From the NCBI GenBank assembly GCA_046329055.1, contig JAXLVK010000013.1:17959-81958 (forward strand): 64,000 bases of DNA. Reading direction: 5' to 3'. Positions 1-10,224 of this stretch are shown piece after piece (position 1 is the stretch's first letter; the number at the start of each line of letters is the position of its first letter). Below the pieces are notes generated by a model that was not told the origin of the DNA, searched no databases, and saw nothing but the letters and a program-made list of their open reading frames with translations. This DNA is from Bacteroidia bacterium (GTDB lineage Bacteria > Bacteroidota > Bacteroidia > J057 > JADKCL01). A program made the position numbers and the translations under genes.

Positions 1-310
1 CCGCGCCCACGAAATTGTGGTGCTGATTGTTGAGGATGGCGCCTGCATTTTGCGCGGCCTCCCAACTGCCGTCGGGGAGGTGACGCGAATACCAGATGTC
101 CTGACCGCCAGCGCGACCGCCTTGATTGGAGGGATGCTGGTACCTGACAAAGTACATCATCTGATCATCCGGGCTGAGCCGGGGCACCAGTTCGTCGTAG
201 GCCGTATTGACCGTCTCAGGCAGGGGCGTGCCCTTGAAAGCCTGCGCCTGCATGGCCGAGGCCGAGAGACCGAGTGCGGCGACAGCTACCAGGCTTCGAA
301 GGTGCTTCAT
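1..310 (-). CDS. N-terminal fragment of a secreted PD40/TolB-like (probably OmpA-family) protein; continues off the left edge
   Basis: Hand translation of the minus strand from ATG at 310-308 gives MKHLRSLVAVAALGLSASAMQAQAFKGTPLPETVNTAYDELVPRLSPDDQMMYFVRYQHPSNQGG... This is a signal peptide followed by a PD40-like 'LSPDxxxxYF' motif. It sits 23 nt downstream of PorP/SprF, the usual operon partner position. It is not in the ORF track because it is truncated. Confidence 0.5.
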   Translation of the reverse strand, partial: MKHLRSLVAVAALGLSASAMQAQAFKGTPLPETVNTAYDELVPRLSPDDQMMYFVRYQHPSNQGGRAGGQDIWYSRHLPDGSWEAAQNAGAILNNQHHNFVGA

Positions 311-333
311 GTGGGGAAATGCCATTGTCTTCA

Positions 334-1398
334 TCACCAGAAATACCTCCTTCCGCCGGATTTGCCGTAGCCGGGGCAGATGGACAGCACGATGCTGTGG
401 CTACCAGAATTGAATTTGGAGAGGTTGGACGTCGTGTAGTCGTAGGCGTAGTCCAGCCGGAAATTTTGATTGAACCGGAAACCTGCCATGAAGGCGAGGG
501 CATCCTTGTGCCGATAAGTAAGACCGAGGAAAAACTGGTCCTTGTAGGCCCCTTGCGCGCTCAAGTCGATGGAGGGCGGAGCCGGGCTCACCACCCTTAA
601 GGCGGCTGATGGCGTGAGCAGGATTTGATCGGAGATGCGCAGCTTGACGCCGGCCTGCAAGAAGTGGTGGATTTCCAAGCCAGCGACCACGGGATTGCCG
701 GGATTGACCTGGATGCGGTTTTGCAGGAGTTGCCGGGAGGCGGCGGCGATGAAGAATTTGGGAGTGTAGAATGCGATGCCGCCGTTGAGGCTGGGCAGCA
801 AGAGGCTCACGCGGTTGGTCGCCAAGGTGATGTCATTCGCATTGAGCATCTCGATCGCGTCCGGGTTCAGGCGGTAATTCAGCATCTCCATGCTCGCCCC
901 GATGGCCATGCGCAGGTTCCCGACGAGGCGCAGGTGGGCTGCAAATGATCCCGTGATGCCATTGTAGCTGATGGGGCCCGATGATTCGGAGAAAATCTGC
1001 GCGCCCACTCCCATGTGGAAATTGGGGCCATCGCCGAGCACCTTGTCGCCCTGACCGCTCTGCGAGGAGGTGGTGGGCATGGCGTTGCCGCGACCGTGGG
1101 CAGGCAATGAATGGATGAAGAGGCGGTCCTGCTGCATCTCGCGGGTGTAGAGGCCCTTTTGCCCGGTGAAGTAAATGCTGCGGGGCGCGCCCTTGATCCC
1201 CACCCATTGCTGGGAGAATCCAGCGCGCAGGTCCAGATAGGGCTCCACCCCGGTCACCGCAGGATTGGTGAGGAAAGTGTTGAGGAGGTATTGCGTGTAG
1301 CGCATGCGCTGCTGCGCATGCCCGCCCTGCCACAGCCCCGCGAGGCCGAGGAGGAGCAGCACTGCCCGCCATTGATAGATGTGTCGATTTCTTTTCAT
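334..1398 (-). CDS. Type IX secretion system membrane protein, PorP/SprF family
   Basis: 354-aa ORF. It has a signal peptide (LLLLGLAGLWQGGHAQ) and the family-typical N-terminus (YTQYLLNTFLTNPAVTG...DLRAGFSQQWVGIKGAP). It lies 6 nt downstream of a T9SS type-B CTD cargo gene. Confidence 0.85.
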   Translation of the reverse strand: MKRNRHIYQWRAVLLLLGLAGLWQGGHAQQRMRYTQYLLNTFLTNPAVTGVEPYLDLRAGFSQQWVGIKGAPRSIYFTGQKGLYTREMQQDRLFIHSLPAHGRGNAMPTTSSQSGQGDKVLGDGPNFHMGVGAQIFSESSGPISYNGITGSFAAHLRLVGNLRMAIGASMEMLNYRLNPDAIEMLNANDITLATNRVSLLLPSLNGGIAFYTPKFFIAAASRQLLQNRIQVNPGNPVVAGLEIHHFLQAGVKLRISDQILLTPSAALRVVSPAPPSIDLSAQGAYKDQFFLGLTYRHKDALAFMAGFRFNQNFRLDYAYDYTTSNLSKFNSGSHSIVLSICPGYGKSGGRRYFW

Positions 1399-1404
1399 AG
1401 CGGT

Positions 1405-3777
1405 TTATCTGAGGATGGTGACTGAGCCGTTGAGCATCGGTTGGCCCTCCGTGCGCAGGTCCAGGATGTAATAATAGGTTGCGGAGGGCAGGTCCTCGCC
1501 GTTGCGTTGGCCATTCCAAGGGGCGTAGGTGCCGGCCGAACGGAAGACCGAGCCGCCCCAGATGTTGAAGACCTCTAGCTGGGCATTGGGGAAGTTTTCG
1601 ATGCCGGGGATTTCCCAGAAGTCATTGTTGCCATCGCCATTGGGGCTGAATCCGGAGGGGATGTGCAGGGTGTCCGGCGGCTCGATGGTGTCGGGCGGCG
1701 GGATCGCGATCAGGTTCACGGTGAAGCTGTCCGAGCAACCGTAGCTGTCCATGACATAAACCGTGTAGGCGCCCGCCCCGAGGCTGTCAAAGATGGAATT
1801 GGACCCGAAGTTGAGGCCGTCGAGGCTGTAGGAATAGGGCGATTGTCCGCCGATGGGGGTCGCCACCGAGATGGAGCCGTTGGTGACGCCGCTGTCGGGG
1901 CTGATGGTGTCGATGATGCCCTGGTCGGCCACTTGGAGGAGGACGACACTGACCAGGTCGGAATCTGCAGGGCATACGCCGTTGCCGACGAGCCATGAGA
2001 AATAATAGGTTCCCGCGTTCAGGTTGGTGGCTGCGGTGACAGGGCCGCCGGGGTTGCTGAGCGTGGCCGTGCCAGGACCAGCGAGTTGCGACCATTGACC
2101 GAAGGCTGCCGCGCCGAGCGAGGTGAAGTCATTGCCAGTGAGGGTCACCGGGGTGCCAAGGCAGAAGGTTTGGTCCCCACCTGCATCGGCGGTCGGCCGG
2201 TCGTAGTTTGTGATGAACATGGTGTCCATGGCCACGGGGCAATTGCCGTTGGAGACGACCCAAACGAAGGCATAACTGCCCGGCACGAGGGACTGGACAT
2301 TGGAGGAGTAGAGGCCGAAGTTGGTGAAGATGGCGGCATTGGGTCCTGCGGCCTGTGACCATGCGCCCACAGCGGAGCCTTGGATGAGGACGGGGTCATT
2401 GGCGGCCATGGTGGTGAGGCTCGCGAGGCAAAGCTCCTGGTCAGGCCCCGCATCCGCAGTCACGGAGATGGGGACGTAGATGTTCACCGTGGCATTCGTC
2501 GCTGGGCATACGCCATTGGAGACGGTGTAAGTGAAGGAGTTGAAGCCCGGGCCGAGGCCCGTGACGGCTGTGATGGAGTCGGAGGGATTTTGGATCGTGC
2601 CCGGCCCGGTTGTGGTCCAGGTTCCTGTGCCATTGCCGGGGTCGTTTCCACGCAGCGTGACCGAGTCGCCATTGCAGGTGATGGTGCTGTCGCCCATGAC
2701 ATCCGCTGGATTCGTATTGGGAACCCTGAGGATGACGACGGTGTCCGGCAGGGAGGGGCAGCCGCCATAGTTGATGTCCCAGACGAATGTATAGGCCCCG
2801 AATCCGGTCAGGTTCTGGGCGAATGAATTGGCGAGGTTGGGATTGGTGAAGTTGACGGGCGGCGAGCCGACGGGCTGCGAGACCGTGGACCATGTGCCCT
2901 GTGCCGACCCAGGAGGTGTATTGCCTTGGAGGAAGTAGGCGGTAGCGGTCTGGCAAATGCTGTCATCGGGTCCGGCATTGGGGGCGACGGCGGTCCAGCC
3001 ATTGGCACCCACTCCGGCGATCACGGGGTAGCAGCCCCACCAACGCCATGCAGTCGAGTCGCCCACATCGCAGCCGCCGGGTTGGCGCAGGCTCACGGGC
3101 ACGCCGTCGTTCACGCCCACGCTCGGGCCATCATTGGTGTTTCCGGTGCCCCAGGGGGATTCGCCATAGACGAATTCCTGCGGACAGGCGATGCCGGCGG
3201 GGACCACTTGGTACAGGATCAATCGGATGTTGGTGGGCCTTCCATTGCCAGCGGTGATCGCAGACCAGGGGATGACCATTTCCATGTGGGCGGTCGGACC
3301 TTGGTAGGTGAATTGTGGGTTCAGCGTGGTGGTGGCAGCCGACCAGGCACCATTGTATGTGCGGTACTCGTCGTAGCCCGTCTTGAGATAAGCCGCGAAA
3401 TTGACCCCGCCCATGGGTGTGACATCGGGATTCAATTGGTCATAATTGAATCCACGTGTGTCATAGACTGACCCGGGATAGTCCGCGCGGATGTAGATGA
3501 CGGATCCCTCGGCATTGTTGCCCCCTACCCTGCCGACATAGAGGTTGTTGTCATCCCAGGTGACATACCAGTTCACCGCGCCCTGAAAGCCCTGAAATTC
3601 CTCGTCGGTTTCCCAATTGAGGCTATTCGAACCCGGAGTGCCGCCAGTGGTGACCACGCCATCAATGAGGACGTTGCGCGGGGTGATGCCCGATGTGGTC
3701 GTGGCCCGCAACATGCTGGGCAGCAGGGAGGATGCAAACAGGAGCAAGATCCCGATAGTAAGTGGTCTCCTCATCAT
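1405..3777 (-). CDS. Large secreted protein with T9SS type B (gliding-motility-associated) C-terminal sorting domain
   Basis: C-terminus is FSPNGDGNNDFWEIPGIENFPNAQLEVFNIWGGSVF...ATYYYILDL. The middle consists of repeated Ig-like Cys-containing modules. The likely start is MMRRPLTIGILLLFASS (M20 of the 1405..3834 ORF). Confidence 0.85.
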   Translation of the reverse strand: MMRRPLTIGILLLFASSLLPSMLRATTTSGITPRNVLIDGVVTTGGTPGSNSLNWETDEEFQGFQGAVNWYVTWDDNNLYVGRVGGNNAEGSVIYIRADYPGSVYDTRGFNYDQLNPDVTPMGGVNFAAYLKTGYDEYRTYNGAWSAATTTLNPQFTYQGPTAHMEMVIPWSAITAGNGRPTNIRLILYQVVPAGIACPQEFVYGESPWGTGNTNDGPSVGVNDGVPVSLRQPGGCDVGDSTAWRWWGCYPVIAGVGANGWTAVAPNAGPDDSICQTATAYFLQGNTPPGSAQGTWSTVSQPVGSPPVNFTNPNLANSFAQNLTGFGAYTFVWDINYGGCPSLPDTVVILRVPNTNPADVMGDSTITCNGDSVTLRGNDPGNGTGTWTTTGPGTIQNPSDSITAVTGLGPGFNSFTYTVSNGVCPATNATVNIYVPISVTADAGPDQELCLASLTTMAANDPVLIQGSAVGAWSQAAGPNAAIFTNFGLYSSNVQSLVPGSYAFVWVVSNGNCPVAMDTMFITNYDRPTADAGGDQTFCLGTPVTLTGNDFTSLGAAAFGQWSQLAGPGTATLSNPGGPVTAATNLNAGTYYFSWLVGNGVCPADSDLVSVVLLQVADQGIIDTISPDSGVTNGSISVATPIGGQSPYSYSLDGLNFGSNSIFDSLGAGAYTVYVMDSYGCSDSFTVNLIAIPPPDTIEPPDTLHIPSGFSPNGDGNNDFWEIPGIENFPNAQLEVFNIWGGSVFRSAGTYAPWNGQRNGEDLPSATYYYILDLRTEGQPMLNGSVTILR

Positions 3778-4474
3778 TTCAAATGTTAAGCGCTCAATGC
3801 CTGCGTCGCTGCCAGTCGGCGTCCCATCATCCATTACAGGCTTCCGTCAAATTTAACCGCCAGAAACACAGTGTCAACATGACACTGTGGAAACTTTTCC
3901 CCGGTTGGCGGGTATTGCAGCATCCAATTAAGCAAAAAAGCGGATGGAATCGAGCAAGGCGAATAGAATCGTCATTTTTGGCGCATGAGTGCATGTTTCA
4001 GGGTCCTGCATGGATTGTTTCGCCTGCTCGGTGGGGGCATGCAGCTCATCTTCGGTCAAGCTGCGATTGATCCAGGATGAGCCCACGGAAACAAGAGGGG
4101 AACAAATCCTCGGCAAAATGGCGGGCCATTCGAAATTTCCTCCACCCAAACAAATGCTTGGTAGGCGGGATCGATGGGAGTTGACAACCATCATGGCGAC
4201 CCGGGCCGAAGCGGGAAAGGGGAGAATTAGACGCTCCTAAACTGTAAGAATCAGCGGCATCAGAACCCTGTTCACTGCTCCGGGCCCAAGCTGTCTCGTT
4301 GAAAAATGTCCAAATCACCTGATAAAAAAACGCACGGTTTGTCGGAGTCCTTCCATTTGAAGAACAGGCCATTGACGGACGGGAAACAAAAATCACTATA
4401 TTTACTGCGAGACTGAATCAGCGCCCGCTGTGCAGTCTCATTATTCGGATCTTAAAGTTCACTTTTTCAATTGT

Positions 4475-7400
4475 ATGAGAAACAGTTACTTGTTTACCTT
4501 GAACCGCGTGCTATTTGCTGCCGTGTTCGTGGTAACCTTGGGCACAGTTCAGGCCCAGGTTGCATTGACACGAACGTACTTTACGGGGGCGTACACGTCC
4601 ATTTTCGGCCAACCGGGAACGAACTGGGCGACCACCGCCCAGGGTGACGACAACGTCGCCACTGCTATTCCGATTGGCTTCACGTTCAACTACCTGGGAA
4701 CCAACTTCACCACCGTTGATGCCAACACCAACGGTGCGATGGGCTTTGGTGCCTCAGGCGTCGTGGGAACCACCCGCGACAACACCATCCTGTACACCAC
4801 GACCGCTCCGCAAGGTGTGGTTTCTGCGTGGTTTGATGACATGACGATCGACACCTCCTCTACTGTGGGTGGCCGATTGCTCTACCAAACCTCCGGAACC
4901 GTGGGTAGCCAAGTGTTCACCCTGGAGTGGAGGAACACGAGCTCCTACTTCACCGGTGCAACCCAGCGCTTGAACTATCAGATCAAGCTCTACGAGGGCA
5001 CCAACGTGATCGAGTTCCGCTACGGCACCATGGTTGCAGGCACTGCAAGCACGTCCGAGTCCGCCTCCATCGGCTGCAAGAATGCAACTGGTGGCCCCGG
5101 CAACTTCCTGGACGTCGTGACCGGCTCCAACAACCTGGGCAACTACTTCGTCAACGCTGCCACCGGATGGCCCACCCGCCACTACCGCCTCGCTCCCGGC
5201 ACTCCTACTGCCATCGCAGCAGGCACCTATACCGCAGGTAGCACGGGTACCTACCCCAACCTCTCCGAGGCTGTGGCTGACCTGAACCACCGCGGTGTCG
5301 CAGGTCCTGTGGTCATTTCCCTCACCGACGCCAACTACGACATCTCCACCAACGGTGAAAACTGGTTCCCGATCGGCTTCGGCCCCATCGCAGGCACCAG
5401 CCTCACCAATACCGTAACCGTGCAGCCCGCATCCGGCACCTCCACCCTGACCTACAATGGTTATGTGACAGGTGGTATGGCCACTGCCGGAGGTACTGGC
5501 CTCGTGGGTACCACTTCCGAGCCTGTCGTGGTGGTTTCCGGTACCGACTACCTGCTGCTGAACAACCTGAACCTGACCTCTGGCGGCAACGCCAACTTGG
5601 ATCGTGGTCTCTTGGTCATCAACAACAGCACCACCAACGGTGCCACCTTCTGTGGGTTCCAAAACATTGCTGTGACGCTGAACCGCAGCAACACCAGCAC
5701 CATCGGTATCCAGCAAAACGTTGCCTCCACTCCTGCCAGCGCATTGGGTGCGAACAGCAACAACGCCTACATGAACCTCAACATCCAGAATACCTACAAT
5801 GGTATCTACCTGTTGGGCAACGCTACCTTCCCCGACCTGAACTGCCAGATTGGTAACACCGTGGCAGCCAACTTCAACACCATCGGTGGCAGCACTGCCA
5901 ACGACATCGGTACAGCAACTGCCACAACGCAGAACTACGGTATCCGCATGGGCAACCAGAGCGGTGGTAGCATCTACAACAACAACGTCCAAAACGTTGG
6001 TTCCTCCACCACCACTGACGGTATCCTTGTGGAGCTTTCCCAAGGCACCACCAGTGTCTATCGGAACAATGTGAGCTTCGTCCGCGGCAACTCCGCCACC
6101 GCTACCACCAACGTCTGCGGTATCCGTGCCAACGTCGCCACCACCACGGGCCACAACCTGCGCGTGTACAACAACGGTGTGAGCAACATCCTGAGCTCCT
6201 ACACGGGTGCGGCTACCGCCACCAAAGCCATCAAGGGCATCTTCGTCCAATCCGCTGGCGGTGGTGTCACTGGCAGCAGCATCAACGTGGACAACAACTC
6301 CGTCTATCTGGATCTGGGCACCAACCTGAACATGTCGAGTGTGTGCTACGAGATCGGTACCGCAAGCGGTCCCGTGATCAACTGCCGCAACAACATCTTC
6401 GTGAACGCGACCGGCGCTCAGACCGCTCCTGCAGGTCACTGGGGCATGCGCAGCACCTCTGCCACTCTGACTGGCAACACGGGTTCTGCCTCCGACCGCA
6501 ACGACGTGTACATGGCCAACACGACCCAAGGCTTCTTCGGCCAAGGCAATGCCACCGACTATGCTACCCTCGCCAACTGGCAGGCAGCCATGGTCGGCCA
6601 AGATGCCGCATCAGTCTCCGCCGACCCGGGTTACACCAGCCCCACCATCGGCAACCTGCATGCTAGCACTGCTGCCCCCAACAACGCAGCTTCTGTGGTC
6701 GCATGGGTGACCAATGACATCGACAACCAAACCCGGAGCGTCACCACGCCCGACATCGGTTACGATGAGTACACCCCTGCCACGCTGGACGTCGGCGCTA
6801 CTGCCCTCATCACTCCCGCTGCAGGTGCTTGCTACTCTGCTACTGAGCCTGTGACCGTCCGCATCCTGAACTATGCTGTCGGCACGCACAACTTCTCCAC
6901 GAACCCGGTCACCGTTACCGTGAACGTGACAGGTGCTGTCACCGCCACCATCAACACCACTGTGAACACTGGCACCCTAGCTGCTGGCGCTACACAAAAC
7001 GTCTTGGTGGGCAACGTGAACATGAGCGCTGCAGGCACCTACACCTTCAACGCAGCCACATCGATGACGGGCGACCAAAACTCCCTCAACGATGCCATGT
7101 TGGCTACCAACCGCACCTTCGCTGCTGGCACAGCCACCGCTACGCCTCCCACCGTCTGCGCAGGTGACAGCGCCACCCTGACCATCGCCGGTCAAAACGG
7201 CAGCACCATCCTGTGGCAAATGTCCACCAACGGTGGTCTGACCTGGACCAACACCTCCGGCACCACTTCCCCCTACAAAGTGCTGCCCACGGACACCACC
7301 ATGTACCGTGCACAGGTTTGTGGTCTGATCTTCTCCACCCCTGACACCGTGGTCTGGATCGACACGACCCCGCCCACCACTCAGGGTGACACCGTTTGCG

Positions 7401-10027
7401 GTCTTGATTCTGCAACCATCGCTGCCTTTGGCGTCGGGCCGTTCCAGTTCTATGACTCCTTGACCGGTGGCTCTGTGGTGCACAGCGGTTCTCCTTGGAC
7501 CACGATGGTGCCTGCCACCACGACCTACTACGCTGCCTCCGCTAGCGGCGCTCAGACCGCTACCCACCTGACCACCATGGCTGCGGGCAACGGTTCTGCT
7601 GGTAACGTGTTTGCCATCCGCACCTTGAGCACCATCACCATCACTGGTTTCAACGTCCACTGTAGCTCCACCGCTGGCACGCTCACCAACTGGGAAGTCT
7701 GGTACCGTCCAAATGACTACCTGCTCACCCCTGGTTCGCAAAACAGCAACGTGGGCTGGACACAGCTCGGCGTGTACACTGGTATTCCTTCCGCTGGCCC
7801 TGGCATCGAAACGGTGTTGCCCAACAACATCAACCTCCAAATGCCCGCCAACTCCAAGTGGTCCTTCATGGTTGCCGCTACCTCCGGTAGTGTCTCCTAC
7901 ACCAACGGTACCACCACCGGTAACCTTTACAATGCCAATGCCGACCTCGAAGTTTACCAAGGTCACGGCGGCACCTACTTCAACCTGCCGAACAACCCTC
8001 GCGTGTTCAACGGCCGCATCAAGTACAGCAAAGGTTGCCCCTCCACCCGTACGCCTGTCACCATCACTGTGAACCCGGCTCCTGCCATCACCGTGTCTGC
8101 ATCTGACTCCGTCTCTTGCAGCGGCGATCCCGTGGACCTCTACGTTTCCAGCGGTAACTCCGGCTACGGCTACACTTGGACCCCTGGCGCCACCCTGAGC
8201 AGCACCACTGGTGACACCACCACTGCTTCTCCTGGCGTGACCACCACCTACCAAGTCGTCGCTCTCGACACCGCCACTGGCTGCCGCAACATCGGCACCA
8301 CCACCATCACTTGGATCGCCAAGCCTGTGGTGACCGCCATGGTCGCACCGGACACCATCTGTGCCATGGACAGCATCACGCTGACCTCCACCGTGTCTCC
8401 GATCATCTTCCAACTCGGCAACGGTACCGTGCAAAACACCAGCTCCGGCTACCCGTCTCCCTACGGCAACTGGTACTGGGGCTCCCGTCACCAAATGCTG
8501 ATCCGTGCTTCTGAACTCCAAGGCATGGGCCTCGGCGCTGGCTGGATCAACAGCATGGCATTTGACGTGGTGAACCTGAACGGCACCCAGCCGCTGGACA
8601 ACTTCGAGATCAAGATGGCCCTGACCAACGTGAACTCCATCACCACTTGGCAGACCCCGTCTTTCACCTCCGTGTTCACCAGCTTGAGCTACGCTCCTGC
8701 TCTGGGTGTGAACCCGATGAACTTCACCAGCAACTTCTACTGGGATGGCAACTCCAACATCTTGATCGAGGTTTGCCACAACAACAGCTCCTACATCGCC
8801 AACGTGTCTGTGAACCAGACCGCAACGAGCTTCTCCTCCACCGTATGGTACAACCAAGACGCCACTGGCGTCTGCGCCAACCCTGCCGTGAACGGTAGCA
8901 TCGCTCAACGTCCGAACATGTACTTCTCCATGGTCGGCGTGTACGGCTATGAGTGGACCCCCAGCGCGAACCTAGCTACGCCGAACGCTGCTTCCACCGT
9001 GGGTATCGCTACCCAGACCACTGACTTCATCCTGAGCGTGCTCGATTCCACCAGCGGTTGCGTTGGTGTGGACACTGCCACCGTGTTTGCTTACCCGCTG
9101 CCCGCCATCAACCTGGGCAACGACGGCTACTTCTGCGGCAGCAGCGCTACTTTGGATGCTGGCAACCCTGGCTCGACCTACATCTGGAGCACCATGGATT
9201 CCAGCCAGACCATCTTCGTGAACCAAAATGGCACCTACTCTGTGGACGTGACCGACTCCTTCGGTTGCCACTCTGCTGACACCGTCGCCATCACCTTCAC
9301 TCCCTTCCCGGTTGTGAGCCTCGGTCCTAACCAGACTGCTTGCCAAGGCACCAACGTTACCCTGAACGCAGGTCTGACCCCTGGTTCCTACCTCTGGGCT
9401 CCCACAGGTGACACCACCCAGACCATTGTCGTGACCACCAGCGGCAGCTACAGCGTGGAATACACCGACACCTTCGGCTGCTCCGGCGCCGACACCGTGA
9501 ACGTGACCATCAACCCGCTGCCGAGCGTGACCGCTACCGCCGCTACGGACACCATCTGCAACACCAACAATGACTTGGTGCTCCTGACTGGTTCTCCGAC
9601 CGGTGGTACCTTCACCGGTACAGGCGTGACTGGCAACCAATTCTCCGCTCCTACTGCTGGTCCTGGCAGCCACAACATCACCTACAGCTTCACTGACGGC
9701 AACGGCTGCTCCAACACCGCTACTGTTTCCATCTTCGTGGAAACCTGCGTGGGCATCGCTGACGGCATGAACAGCTTCATGGTGGGTGTCCGCCCGAACC
9801 CGAACAATGGCCAGTTCATGTTCAGCGTGAGCGTGGACAACGCCACTGAAGTGAGCTACGAAATCGCTGACGCACGTGGCGTGATCGTCCTGCGCGACAA
9901 GAGCCTCCAAGGCAATGGCATGTTCGAACAAGCCATCGACCTGAAGGACTTCTCCGCTGGCGTGTACACCCTGCGCGTGAGCATGGACGGCAAGACCGCC
10001 TACAAGCGGATCGTGGTCCAGCGCTAG
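4475..10027 (+). CDS. Very large secreted adhesin-like protein with T9SS type A (Por_Secre_tail) C-terminal domain
   Basis: 1865-aa ORF. The likely start is MRNSYLFTLNRVLFAAVFVVTLGTVQAQ (signal peptide). The sequence is Thr/Asn/Gly-rich with beta-helix/Ig-like repeats. The C-terminus is VRPNPNNGQFMFSV...GVYTLRVSMDGKTAYKRIVVQR. Confidence 0.85.
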   Translation: MRNSYLFTLNRVLFAAVFVVTLGTVQAQVALTRTYFTGAYTSIFGQPGTNWATTAQGDDNVATAIPIGFTFNYLGTNFTTVDANTNGAMGFGASGVVGTTRDNTILYTTTAPQGVVSAWFDDMTIDTSSTVGGRLLYQTSGTVGSQVFTLEWRNTSSYFTGATQRLNYQIKLYEGTNVIEFRYGTMVAGTASTSESASIGCKNATGGPGNFLDVVTGSNNLGNYFVNAATGWPTRHYRLAPGTPTAIAAGTYTAGSTGTYPNLSEAVADLNHRGVAGPVVISLTDANYDISTNGENWFPIGFGPIAGTSLTNTVTVQPASGTSTLTYNGYVTGGMATAGGTGLVGTTSEPVVVVSGTDYLLLNNLNLTSGGNANLDRGLLVINNSTTNGATFCGFQNIAVTLNRSNTSTIGIQQNVASTPASALGANSNNAYMNLNIQNTYNGIYLLGNATFPDLNCQIGNTVAANFNTIGGSTANDIGTATATTQNYGIRMGNQSGGSIYNNNVQNVGSSTTTDGILVELSQGTTSVYRNNVSFVRGNSATATTNVCGIRANVATTTGHNLRVYNNGVSNILSSYTGAATATKAIKGIFVQSAGGGVTGSSINVDNNSVYLDLGTNLNMSSVCYEIGTASGPVINCRNNIFVNATGAQTAPAGHWGMRSTSATLTGNTGSASDRNDVYMANTTQGFFGQGNATDYATLANWQAAMVGQDAASVSADPGYTSPTIGNLHASTAAPNNAASVVAWVTNDIDNQTRSVTTPDIGYDEYTPATLDVGATALITPAAGACYSATEPVTVRILNYAVGTHNFSTNPVTVTVNVTGAVTATINTTVNTGTLAAGATQNVLVGNVNMSAAGTYTFNAATSMTGDQNSLNDAMLATNRTFAAGTATATPPTVCAGDSATLTIAGQNGSTILWQMSTNGGLTWTNTSGTTSPYKVLPTDTTMYRAQVCGLIFSTPDTVVWIDTTPPTTQGDTVCGLDSATIAAFGVGPFQFYDSLTGGSVVHSGSPWTTMVPATTTYYAASASGAQTATHLTTMAAGNGSAGNVFAIRTLSTITITGFNVHCSSTAGTLTNWEVWYRPNDYLLTPGSQNSNVGWTQLGVYTGIPSAGPGIETVLPNNINLQMPANSKWSFMVAATSGSVSYTNGTTTGNLYNANADLEVYQGHGGTYFNLPNNPRVFNGRIKYSKGCPSTRTPVTITVNPAPAITVSASDSVSCSGDPVDLYVSSGNSGYGYTWTPGATLSSTTGDTTTASPGVTTTYQVVALDTATGCRNIGTTTITWIAKPVVTAMVAPDTICAMDSITLTSTVSPIIFQLGNGTVQNTSSGYPSPYGNWYWGSRHQMLIRASELQGMGLGAGWINSMAFDVVNLNGTQPLDNFEIKMALTNVNSITTWQTPSFTSVFTSLSYAPALGVNPMNFTSNFYWDGNSNILIEVCHNNSSYIANVSVNQTATSFSSTVWYNQDATGVCANPAVNGSIAQRPNMYFSMVGVYGYEWTPSANLATPNAASTVGIATQTTDFILSVLDSTSGCVGVDTATVFAYPLPAINLGNDGYFCGSSATLDAGNPGSTYIWSTMDSSQTIFVNQNGTYSVDVTDSFGCHSADTVAITFTPFPVVSLGPNQTACQGTNVTLNAGLTPGSYLWAPTGDTTQTIVVTTSGSYSVEYTDTFGCSGADTVNVTINPLPSVTATAATDTICNTNNDLVLLTGSPTGGTFTGTGVTGNQFSAPTAGPGSHNITYSFTDGNGCSNTATVSIFVETCVGIADGMNSFMVGVRPNPNNGQFMFSVSVDNATEVSYEIADARGVIVLRDKSLQGNGMFEQAIDLKDFSAGVYTLRVSMDGKTAYKRIVVQR

Positions 10028-10047
10028 TCGCTATCTAGAAATGCATC

Positions 10048-10085
10048 AAGCGGGCTGCTCCTCTGGGGCGGCCCGCTTTGTTTTT
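10048..10085 (+). terminator. Rho-independent terminator after the 4475..10027 gene
   Basis: GC-rich hairpin AAGCGGGCTGC...GCGGCCCGCTT followed by TGTTTTT, about 20 nt after the stop codon. Confidence 0.6.
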
Positions 10086-10224
10086 AGGGATGGGAGTTAA
10101 GTTGTTGTTGGATAGATGAGGTGGCAGGAATAGGGCCGTTGGCTATTTGAGTGCCTATGGAGCCACTTTTCAAAACTAAACGTAGGACTGCATTCATTAT
10201 CGGTTTCGGCTGCGGGTACTCCGG

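Noticed and set aside
4754-8908. Long minus-strand ORFs 4754..6601 (615 aa) and 6977..8908 (643 aa)
   Set aside because: They lie antisense to the 1850-aa T9SS cargo gene. Their translations are Gly/Val/Ala/Asp/His-rich with no signal peptide or recognisable motif. This is typical of open antisense frames in GC-rich, codon-biased genes. The plus-strand gene has a signal peptide and a T9SS CTD.
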